Assembly: GCF_009914755.1 (NCBI RefSeq)
Contig: NC_060928.1
Strand: one strand, 5' to 3'
DNA from: the human T2T-CHM13v2.0 reference genome, Homo sapiens
DNA: 64,000 nucleotides
A program made the translations under genes and the position numbers. Below, one piece after another: positions 34,450-44,850 of the stretch (within the stretch, counting starts at the first letter, position 1; each line of letters starts with the position of its first letter). The notes under the pieces are model-generated. The model did not search any database and was not told where the DNA came from. It saw only the letters and a list, made by a program, of their open reading frames with translations.

Positions 34450-36101
34450 GTTTTTCCCGGGTGCAGTAGCCCTTGGCCAGTGGCTTTCTTATACCATGGT
34501 CCTGACCATTTTCCTTATTCTCTTGACATTCATCCTTTCAGTGTCCTTTCCTTTTGCACCATTCACATTAATCTTTTTCTAGCCTTGGCCAGCTCTTAAA
34601 TCCCTGTCCAGACTGGCCTCTTTCACGACTGCACCCACGCCTCCTTGCAAAGTCAGCTTCCCTTCCCGTGAGGGCTGCTGCTAGTAAATCTGCCTTTCCT
34701 TAAGCTTCCAATTAGCTTCCTTCTTTGCCTCCTGATCTCGGTTAATGTACACCTTTGTAGCCACTTTAGTAAGCTGAGTATCACTCACGCCTGTGGAGCT
34801 TCTAACTTCTGCAATTTATGCCTGATATTTCCCTGGGCCTGCCTTACAAATGCCATATTTACCATGTACTGTTTTTCAGCAGCCTCAGGGTCAAATGGCA
34901 TATGAAGCCGATAAGCCTCGCAGAGCCTCTCGTAAAATTCACCGGGACTTTCATCTGGCTTCTGGTGGACCTCTGAGACCTTTCTGATATTGGTGGCCTT
35001 TTTCCCTCCAGCCTTTATTCCATTTAGGAGTGCCTCTCAATACCACTGCAAACTTTGTGGCCCTTGAGCCTGGTTAGGGTCCCAGCCTGGGACAGCCTCT
35101 ATCAGAAGTGCTTGTTGTGCATACTGCCTGATATCTCCTGTGCCTGCAGGCTCATTGTTCTCGAGCCACTGGAGAGCAGCTTGTATAACTCTTTGGTGCT
35201 CTTCCATATCAAATAATGACAGAAGAAGTTGTTTGCAATCAACCCAGGTAGGATTGTGCATTAGGAAAATGGGCTGCATTAAATCTATAAGAGCCTGAGG
35301 CTTTTCTGTATAGGAGGGAGTATGTTGTCTCCTATTTCAGAGATCAGTAGTAGAGAAGGGCTGATAAATGAAGAGCCATTCTCCCCCTTGGACTTCATTC
35401 TGTGCATTCAAATAAATTTGTCCCCATGTTTATCGGAGGGACATCTGCATTGCTTGGGCATGACCTGACCTAAGATAGCCAACCTCATCCCCCTGGAATT
35501 CCTCCCTTGGGTTTTCAGGTAAGGGCTCTGACTTCTGTCTGCGTGGTGTTGCCTGAGGGATGCTTTCTTCTGAGTCTGAGCCTCCAGAGGCAGCCAGGGC
35601 AGCCTCCTGTCTAAGCCTTGCCAAGGATGGATAAATTGGTGCATAGGGGGTAGAGTTTCTAACTCTTCAGATGGGGCCTGTAGGACAGGTTTTTTCTGCT
35701 TTTCCTGTGACTCTTTTTCTTTTTCTGATGACTTGCAGTCTCTTTCTATTGTTCCTGGTTTTGTCCAGGCCATTAAAGTCTTATGGTAGGTCTCAAAGCA
35801 GGTCTGCAGCCACTTAGGGCGGGTCTGAATTACACTTAGCTGGGAGTCTGTATACGGGAACTGATCTGGGTGCCTGGGCTATTCTCCAAGCCCAGTGACC
35901 ACCTGAAACACTTGGCCAATTATCTCCTTGTGTATTGTCCCCTCGGCCAGCCACCCTACATTAAAAGACAGCCGGTTTATCTCACAAAAGGTTCTCAGTT
36001 TCTGTGGAGTTAGCTTAACCATTTAATCACCATTTAAACCTTTTGTAAAAGTTTTTCAGCATGCACTCCAGTGGAGTAGGCTTTGATGCTTTTCCTCCCA
36101 T
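34450..36101 (-). pseudogene. Retroviral gag, disrupted
   Basis: Starts MGGKASKPTPLECMLKNF; capsid remnant HNPTWVDCKQLLLSLF (35037-35279); zinc knuckle CEWCKRKGH*KDEC near 34526-34567. Confidence 0.9.
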
Positions 36102-36856
36102 TTCTTCCCTCACGGCATGCTTTCACTGTCACTTTCACTCTTGGATCCACCAGACCAGGTCCTATTATGGGAGGTTCGGATGCTGCTTAGCCAGGAGAGT
36201 GCCTTCATTCCTGTTACAGCTAGCTGCAGCCATGGTGGATGCTGCTTAGCCAGGAGAGTACCTTAATTCCTGTTACAGCTAGCTGCAGCCATACAGCTGG
36301 TCCTATGGGCTGTATGCAGTGTTCTAGGTCTGGTTTTTCCCACACTCGCCTCAGAGCACACAGTGCATGCTAAGAGATCTGTGCCTCCCCATGTCACACC
36401 CCGCATTGGTCTCTCCTGAGACTGTCTCACACACCTCCCCCGTCCCTGAAACTGTTTTCCTTTCTGACTGACGTGCGAGCCCCACCTGCATCTGGTGTCG
36501 GTTAGGGCGTGAGTTTTGTCTGAATCAATGGGCCTCTCCCATTGTCCCAACCCCCTCGGGTCAGATCAGTCATCATGCCCTGGGAGGTGATCAGGCTCCC
36601 CTTCCGTCCTTATGGGACGGGTCTTGCCTTAGGGCCCAAACTTTACCGTGGTTCAGATGGCTGTGCGCTGCTCCCGTGACCATCCTGCAACCCCTTCCAC
36701 TGGTTCCATTTGTGCTGTCGGGGGAAGGCCCCAGAACGCGGGAGGGCAGTTCTCCTTCTGGGCTGAAACTCTCCTGGTGGTGCCAAGGACCCCAGATCTC
36801 CCATGTCCTGGGGCTGTAGCCCACAGGCAAAGGAGACAGAAAATGTTCCCTCTCCA

Positions 36857-36874
36857 ATCCCGGATGAGCCCCCA
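36857..36874 (-). promoter_or_regulatory. tRNA-Pro primer-binding site
   Basis: TGGGGGCTCATCCGGGAT, one mismatch (CpG decay) from the MLV-type TGGGGGCTCGTCCGGGAT. Confidence 0.92.
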
Positions 36875-36878
36875 GAAA

Positions 36879-37372
36879 TGTTACAAGACAATCAAAGACT
36901 GGAGAGACTGAAAAAGGTTCAGGAGAGTCTATTAAGGTGATCACCGGCCCAGCCGGACATATGTCCAGAAAGTATGAGCCCCAAACTAAGGGCTTTTCCT
37001 ACTTTTAAACATCTTAAGGCAGGAACTACATGAGGTGGGAAGCAAGTTACAGAAGCGAGAAACAAAGGCAGTTAATCAAGCATTACAACATTTCTTACAT
37101 CTTGAGAAAAACATGTCTTGCAACCTAAACTTATTGGTCTTGTGACTGCAGCTGTGCAGGAGCTTGCTGGCCTGTAATAAACTTGAGTAATTTGGAGTTG
37201 GGGAGTATAGATAAGGTCCACTGTCCACAGAGACAGGACAGGCTGTTAACATTCTCCTTTAACTTGAGTGTAAGGGGGCAGGGATCACACTTTGCAGAAA
37301 CTTTAAGAGGATTTTAAAATTTCTATTACTACTACTATTAAGTTACGTTTGATTTCATTAATTTCTTCTTCA
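36879..37372 (-). repeat. 5' LTR of provirus
   Basis: 494-bp direct repeat of 29235-29745, followed on - strand by the PBS. Confidence 0.95.
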
Positions 37373-39299
37373 AATTCTAGGGAGTCTGATCCCAGAGTTA
37401 ATGGTGAATGATTACAAAACTTATATAATATCTCACATATGGTTGTTTATATTTTCCAATAAAGTTATATGGGGTGAATAATTATAACAAGTATTTCTGA
37501 AAAAAATAACAATTGAGAATACTGATATATATAGTCCACAGAAATAATGAGGGAATTTTAATACCATACTCCACATTGGCTGAAACTTTCTCACTGCAGG
37601 CTATGCTGTCCCATTCAACATTCTATAAACTAAAGATGATAGGGAGAATCTTGTTTAATCTGAATGGGAGCTTGAAGGATACATTAAATATGGAAAATAT
37701 GCATCCTTCCTTAAAGAGAAGTAGCAAATGTTTTCATTATTCATTTATTCAACCACTTAGCCAATAATGTTAACAATTAAAGGTGGGAGCATTAAAAAAA
37801 GGAAAAGTGGGGTGGGGCGGTGAAATGAACCTCACTGATTTCTTGCTTTTATCATTTCAAACTCCAAAAGTGTATTTCAACTATTCATATGATGATTGAA
37901 TAAACTTGTTTTACATTATGGAACACCCTTACTGTGTAGAGCTGTGAGAAATTCAATAATCAGTATTTAATGTGGACAAAAATAGATAGATTAGAGAAAC
38001 AATAAACATGGACATATCTACACATAATATATACTCCTTTTCTATCCAAAAATCTGACAAAAACCTTACACAATGGTCAGTTTACACCATTTTAAGGACA
38101 AGGATGTGGTGAAACAATTTTAAACATTTTTATATAATAAAAGAAAAAAGTTGTTTTAATTGCTAATGATCAAGTTTTTACCAAGAATTTACATATGCAT
38201 CATCAAACAGTAGCTTGAAACTGAAGCTTGACCTTTGAGAAATAAAGCTTTTAAAGTAAATGTCTAAATTCTCTTTTCTTTATTATGTTACATTTCATTT
38301 ACTTTAGGTTTTCTAGTGCAATTTAAATAAGAAATAAATAGAGAGTATGGTAATCAGGTACAAAGGCTGTGAAAATATTCCCTGCATTTTGCACAGGGAA
38401 TATGTTCAAATTCCTAATCTGCAAAGAAGAAAAGTGCATTTTCTTTTTTGAAATGGCATTTGAAGATCTCTCCATCCATGAACATTCTTGAGCATATGGA
38501 TTTTACAATAACAGCAGTGTATATTAGTTTTTTAATTTATCATTAACTGATAACATATACAGTAAAATATAATTTCCGTTTTCTTATCTAAGGGCAGAAA
38601 ATCCCAACCTATTTCTGAATCTCACTTTGGAACAAGGACAGAATGACCTGACATGGCATTTTTGATTTCCAACGTTTAAACGCATAACGTTTGTGTGCTA
38701 TGGAAGCATCTTAGCTTCTGGAATTTATGCTCGACACGAAACATAAACAATAAACAATTCAGTCCACGTTATATAGACATATCTCATATATATATGAGAT
38801 ATATATATATAAAATATCTTACGCACATGCACACTTAGACTTTCTCGGTTTTCATGAAACTCACAATCTACCTCAGGCGCTCAAAGGCACTCGGCCTCTC
38901 AGGTCTGAGGCACCACAGAGAGGCTTCCTTGGGCACAGTTGCTTGCTGGTCAAGACGCCAACTTGGCAAGGTTATGCTGCTGGCAAAGGCAGATTCGTCA
39001 GAATAAAGTCGCCACAGGCTCAACCAGGCAAATCATGAATGGCCCTTTCAGCAGGAGCCTGAGAGGAGGGATGTTATTCAGCCCAGCAACCCTATTTACT
39101 TTTTTTCAGGATCCCCAAACTCGCGTTTTTTAAGGCTTTCCGCTACAAGAGAGCCAAAATTGAAGCCTGGGTTGGCGGCAGTGCAGGTACCTGCTCACCT
39201 AAGCATCCCTCTTTTAATTTTCCTAACTCCTCCACACACTTGCCCAAGTATAACTTTTGAATGGATTCAGCAGAAGTGAGGCAGGAAAGGCAGGAAGAT

Positions 39300-40900
39300 G
39301 AGAAAAGGCGCGACATCAACACGCAGAGCTCACTGAGCCGCCTTGATGATAAAAGGCGGGCACAGGGACTACGTGGGTGGTGGCAGAAAGGGCGCGGGAC
39401 ACGCCTCGCAAAGAGGGAAGAGTGGGCGGGGCCACGTGCCGGTGTCAGAGTTCGCAACTCGAGCGCCCAGAGGGCTCGCGAAAAGTCCCAGCCTGCAAGC
39501 CAACCGCGCTCAGCGGACGACTGGCCGGATCCCAACGCGCTGCCCCTTGCCCAGCCTGCGAGCGCGTGGTACGAAGGCGCGTCTGCATCCATGCCCCAGC
39601 CCGGGGAGCTGGAGGCGCTCGCAGTCAGAGGCGAGTGATGCTAGGCTGAGCGCGTGGCGGCCCGTGTCGTGCCCCGCTGAGCCAAGTGCGGAAGGGCAGC
39701 GGCGCGCTCCAGCTCTGCTCGCCGCGCGCAGGGCGGGGGGGCCTGGCCGCCCGCTGGGAGCTGCGGACGAGCAGGCGCGCTGAGGACCCGAGGGAGGACA
39801 CGGTTAAAGCATTGCTATCAACTGTGAACCCAGAGAGCCCTCCTTAGCCAACACGCTAACTCCGAAGCCTCCCTTACGCCCCCGAACCACCGAAGGCGGC
39901 GACACCTGATTCAGCGCACAAACACAGGTCCCTTCTGTCCCGGATACAATTACGCGGCAGACACACACTCAGACTCGCGCGGGGCAGCCAAGAGACGAGG
40001 TGAGCGGAGGGACCACGCCGTTCCAGAGGGCGGAAGGAGGGGCGGTCTGGGTGGAGGAGAGGGGCGTTGTTTGCTCCCTGAGGTGAGTGCCGGGCGAATG
40101 GCTGCTGTCCAGGGGCGGGGGGGTGGGAATTAGAAAGCACAGACAGGGTTGGGCTGAGGAAGTTAGAAGTGGTTAGTGGGGGTTGGCGGGGTAGGGAGAA
40201 AGGCTAGGGGTTGAGGGGGTGTGAAGGAGATCTTTTTAGGCTGGCCCCTCATAGCGCCCGCGATCCTGTTTCTCCCATATGGCATCCGTTCGAGGGTTCT
40301 CTCGCGTTTGTGCGCTCAAGGCAGAGGGAGGGTATAACGGGGAGGCGATTCGGCCGAGGACCTTGTACTTGACCCCTGAAGGGATGGGCACCGCGGAGCC
40401 CAGAGGCCAGAGCCAGCTGCCAGGGCAGGGATGGAGGTGGGGGACCAGGAGGAGCTTCGGGACCTCTTCAACTCCCCTTTACTCCGTCTTCCCCCTAAGG
40501 AGGAACAAGAGCGGGATGTGTTGGGGGTGGGGAATGTCTTGGGGCTGTACAAGCTCGCTGAGACTTTTCGGGGCCCGCCGTTTCCGCGTGCCCGCGCGAC
40601 TCTCGACAATGGACAGTGTACAGTGGTGGCAGGGTTTCACGGGTCCCCGCGCCGATTTGGGAATGGTACGGGGTGCCCTTGCATTAGAGAAGCCTGTGCG
40701 GGCCCCCGGGATTAGAGAAGAGGTGAGCGCCTGCGGGCGGGGAGAGAAGGACGCGCTGCTGGCAAAAAGAAGGGCGCCTTCCATGGACTGGAGGAGCGGC
40801 GAGGGAGCCTGGTATGTGTGTTTTGGATTTGAAGGAGGCAAACCGCATCGGAGAGTGCAAGTAGATGCAGTGCGTCGGGGCAAAAGGACAATCTGAGGAG
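39300..40900 (+). promoter_or_regulatory. UGT8: CpG island / TATA-less promoter of UGT8
   Basis: Abrupt GC- and CpG-rich block in AT-rich, CpG-depleted DNA. GC box GGGCGGGG at 39424-39431 abuts E-box CACGTG at 39433-39438; a CRE half-site CGTCA lies just upstream at 38996-39000. Confidence 0.88.
39680..39999 (+). other. UGT8: Non-coding first exon of UGT8 (5' boundary approximate)
   Basis: Donor GAG|GTGAGC at 39999/40000 inside the island, followed by G-rich intron-like sequence. The ATG lies only 2 nt into a downstream exon, so an upstream UTR exon is required. The TSS cannot be fixed from sequence. Confidence 0.7.
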
Positions 40901-41524
40901 GTGGGCGGGGTACCCAATCTCTATATACAAGCTTTCTGGTTTAATTGAGGGTTTATAAAATTGAGTACGGTAAACCTGCCATTGTGCAGCACTTCCTTAG
41001 GAAAGGAATAGCCTCTGTACCTGTACCGCGAGTTCCCATCACCTTTCAGCATCTAGGCGGGGAGAGGAGAGAAGGTAGAGAACTTCTGAGAGAGTTCTGA
41101 GAACTAACGCGAATGGCTGGATTGCGCTAACTAGGCGTTCTTAGCAGGAAAATGTCGCCAAGGGAAGGAGTGGGTGGCGGTATCAAACCAGGCGTGCTCT
41201 GGAGAATCACCTTTATTATGAGCCAGTGTTAGCAGTGACGATAGAGTCTTTTATTTCTGGGGATCCTATTGGTAAAAATTAGAAAAAAACCACACTACTC
41301 CAAATACTCCAAAAATCTTCAGTCCCCTCAGGCTGTCACCTTGTACTACCAGTTTTTCAGTATCAATGACGTGAATGTTAGGGAGTTTGGCTAGATGCCA
41401 AATTGTTATCATTTCTGATAATTTCATGTTCAAAAACGTCTATATTCACTCAAAATTGGCGTGCTTCTGACATATCCCCAGAAAAAAATCACCACCATTT
41501 GAAGGAAGGATAGAAAGTGCCCTT

Positions 41525-41670
41525 TTTTCTTTTCTTTTTTAAAAACTTTTATTTTAGGTTTTGGGGTACATGTGAAGGGTTGTTACATAGGTAAACACAT
41601 GTCACAGGGGTTTGTTTTACATATTATTTCATCACTCAGTTATTAAGCCCAGTACCCAATGGTTATCTTT
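41525..41670 (-). mobile_element. L1PA (old) extreme 3' end
   Basis: T-rich tail, ggggtacatgtgaagggttgttacataggtaaac...cccagtacccaat. Confidence 0.8.
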
Positions 41671-43544
41671 AAGCAATATTTTAATAGTGTTAAGAGTAAC
41701 CATACTTTGTCCCCAGGAGATTTTAAAATTAGAGTCATGCATCTTAATATTATATGGTAAAGGAGACCAGAACTTTGTGTTACTTGAATTAAATCTTAGC
41801 CAGCTTAGTTTTCTCCTATAGAAACTGTCTCTTGGTGGTTTGAGGTTTTGCTTTAGGAATGTGTCTGTGTTCAGCAACTCTTCTAGATAATGCCAGAGAA
41901 AAACACTCTAGTATTGTATGATTTGCCTGCCACCTACAAGGTTAAGTTGACATCTAGTGTTGTGTGACTTAGTATTATACAAGTCTTTAAAAACTACAAT
42001 AAAGCATAGTGCCCCGATATTTAGTAAAGGCTTGATACTCTATTAGGAGGTTGGGCATAACTGAACAGAAACTATACTTCTGACTTTTTCCAGGTAATAC
42101 TACTATACAGGTTCAAACTCTTTTTAAATCTAAGATTTCCAGAGGACTATGCTTGTTGTATTTAAGCTTGGTACGCGTCTTAGAATAAATAAACCAATGC
42201 AGTAAATAAAGATGCTTATGACAATTTTTTTGGATAAAAACTACTTTTCGTTTAAAGATTTTGACAGTTTACATTTCCCAATAATTTAAATTAAAACATT
42301 TTATTGCACCTTATGAACAACTATCAGCTTCATTACCATTTAAATATTGCTAAAAATCCCATCTTCAATCCTCAAATCCTTTTTAAAATCATGCACCTGT
42401 TTATCAAATAATATCAATTTGTTGCTTTTTAATTCATACTAGGATTTTCCAACATACACCTGGGAATTTCTAAGATATCCTTGGAGAGTGAGAACTTTGA
42501 TTATTTATGCAAGATATAGTATCTCATTTATTTGACCTCATCTGCATTGGTACTTATTTACATAAGCACATTTTCTCGGTAGCTGACTCTTCACACCGTT
42601 TATTACTGAAACTTAAAAAAAAAGAGCCATTATAACCCACAAGCAATTTCTAAATCTTACTGTCTTCCTTGTTCCCTTGGAGAATATTGGATATAAGTTA
42701 TTCTTTCTTGTTGGGTTGTCTTTATGAATTCATAAAGAATTGAATAGTGCTATTCGCTGAGGTGTATAGAGCTGTTTTTGTTTATAGTAAATGGTCTCAG
42801 CCTGCTGGGTTGAAATACTAGAATAGAGACAGAAGTACCATTCTTCTTTTTATGTTTTTTTTTTTTTTCTGGGTCCTCTTTCTGTTATTGGCTATCACTT
42901 TCTGCTGCTGTCAGACTGTGAGTGGGCCCTGCTGCTCTATTATCTGTTGTCTTTTTTTCCATCAAATGATGTGGGCTATTGCCCGAGTGTAAATCCTGTA
43001 GACTTTGTGACAGACACTTTCAGTTTACGTGCTTTATTTGTGGTTTGGACTGTGAACTGAAATGTTTAGGTTTCCAGAAGGGTGACCTCTATATAAAAGG
43101 TTTTAATGTACCTTTTATAGAAAAAATTTGTGTATGAGATCTTTAGGAGGGTGTATTAATTTCAGACAATTCAGTCTTCTGGAATATCTTGGTGTTTCTG
43201 AGAAACTGAAGCAGCCTTTAAAAAAAAGTTTACTTTCTTATGATAGGCCCAGATCGTCTTTGTTTAGGAATATGTATACTAGAATATTTTACATATTACT
43301 TTCTGCCATTGAAACTTACTAACTATAATGTAGTGTAGTTAATATTTTTCTACCCCAGAAGTCCAGAATAAGAAGTATGATTTGAGAATCCTGCTAACCA
43401 TACTTGAGGCTACATGAATTATTTAAATATTATTTTGCAAATCTACTTATGGAGGAGGTACATAATCAAATACATATGATTAAAATGGTTTAATTTGATC
43501 TTGAAAACAGTGGTAATCATATCTCCTTAATCTGAAGCATTTCA

Positions 43545-44640
43545 CAAACATTCATTCTTTTATTCAACAAATATTTGTTAAAAGCATACTGTGTGCCAAG
43601 CACTGTGCTCTGGGGATGTGCATACAATTAAGGCCCTGGGAGGGCTCTAGGTTTAAAAGGGGGAGACAAGGAGGAAACAGGCTATTTTCAATATCTACAG
43701 TATAGTGCTGGCTGTTCTGTAAGTGCCGTGATAGAGATACACACACAGTACCCTGAGCAGAAATTTGGAAGTGGTCAATTCTGTGTGGGGACAGGAGATT
43801 TGAGGGTTTCTTAGAGGGTGACATAAAAGATGAATCACTGGAGGCAGGAGCAAGATCATGGAGGGCTGTTTGCCATTCTCAGGAGTATGGACTATTTTCA
43901 GTTTAAGGTTGTTTTAAACAGAGGAGCTATGTGATGAGAAAACAGCTCTTACAGCAAGCAATCTAGAAGGATGGATCTGAGGAATGTGAGATTTGGATGG
44001 TAGTTTAGAAGATATTGGGGTGGCTTTGGTAAGAGAGGTTGAGGTCCTTGTACCAAAGTGTTGGCAGTGGGATGAAAAAAAGGGGTTTGGTTACAACGAT
44101 ATTCAGGTGGTAGAACCTCTAAGATTAGGTGACCAATTTGGTTGGAGGATTGGGAGTGGGTGGTATAGGAGGATGGGATGGGAACTTAAAAGGAGATCCA
44201 GATTTGAGAGCAAGAGTGATAGAGTTCAGTTTTAGACATGTAGAACTTGAAGTGCTTATAGAAAATCGAACTGGAGATGTGTGTCCAGTGAATCATTGTA
44301 TGTGAGTTCTGAGCACAGAGGTCCTGGGCTAGATAGGCAGGTAGATAAATGGTAGGTAGATAAATGGATAGACACACAGAAACATTTAGGAGTTTTCAGT
44401 GTATAGGTAATTATAAACCGTGAAAGTTGATAGGTTTTCCAGGGCAAGTACCAAAAGTTAATAGGGAAACAGAGGCCTGGGGAGATCCTAAAATTTAAGA
44501 GTTGGGTAGAGAAATAGGAAGCAATAAAGAAAAACGAGAAGGTACAGAACAAGAGAGGCAAGAGGAGAGTTAGGAGGGTGTAACTTTTAAAAGCAGCTGA
44601 AAACTGAGAAAATTTCAGAAAGTGAGAAGGTCAGGTACTG
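43545..44640 (-). mobile_element. L2 LINE fragment
   Basis: cattcattc...caacaaatatttgtt...tgtgccaagcactgtgct (L2 3' end) and gagttcagttttagacatgt motif. Confidence 0.7.
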
Positions 44641-44659
44641 AAATGAGGGGGTGTTAGAC

Positions 44660-44850
44660 AGTCTCGGTTCCCACCCCCTCTCGAGCCCCGAATAGCTCTG
44701 TGACCTTGAGCTCACAATTTAGTTTCATTTCCTCATTTAGCAAATGAGGGGAGAAGCACCTACTTTATAGGGCTACTGTGAGGATCAGATGAGATAAAAT
44801 CTATCAAGCACAATGCCTGGGAGGTTACTCCTTTGTGTTTAACAAATGCT
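44660..44850 (+). mobile_element. MIR SINE
   Basis: tagctctgtgaccttgag...tttcctcatttagcaaatgaggg...tgtgaggatcagatgagata. Confidence 0.7.

Larger units (their letters stand above)
29235..37372 (-). mobile_element. Class I endogenous retrovirus provirus, ERV3/HERV-R/HERV-E supergroup (probably HERV1-type), defective
   Basis: Two TG...CA LTRs, 4-bp TSD AATT (29231-29234, 37373-37376), PBS, PPT, and gag/pol/env remnants in order. Confidence 0.95.

Noticed and set aside
34520-34575. APOBEC3 hypermutation suggested by TGG->TGA in the zinc knuckle
   Set aside because: Many other Trp codons are intact and LTR differences are dominated by CpG decay.
39143-40930. Many long overlapping ORFs (up to 205 aa) on both strands in the CpG island
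   Set aside because: Stop-codon scarcity in GC-rich DNA; low-complexity R/G/A/P translations with no recognisable domain.
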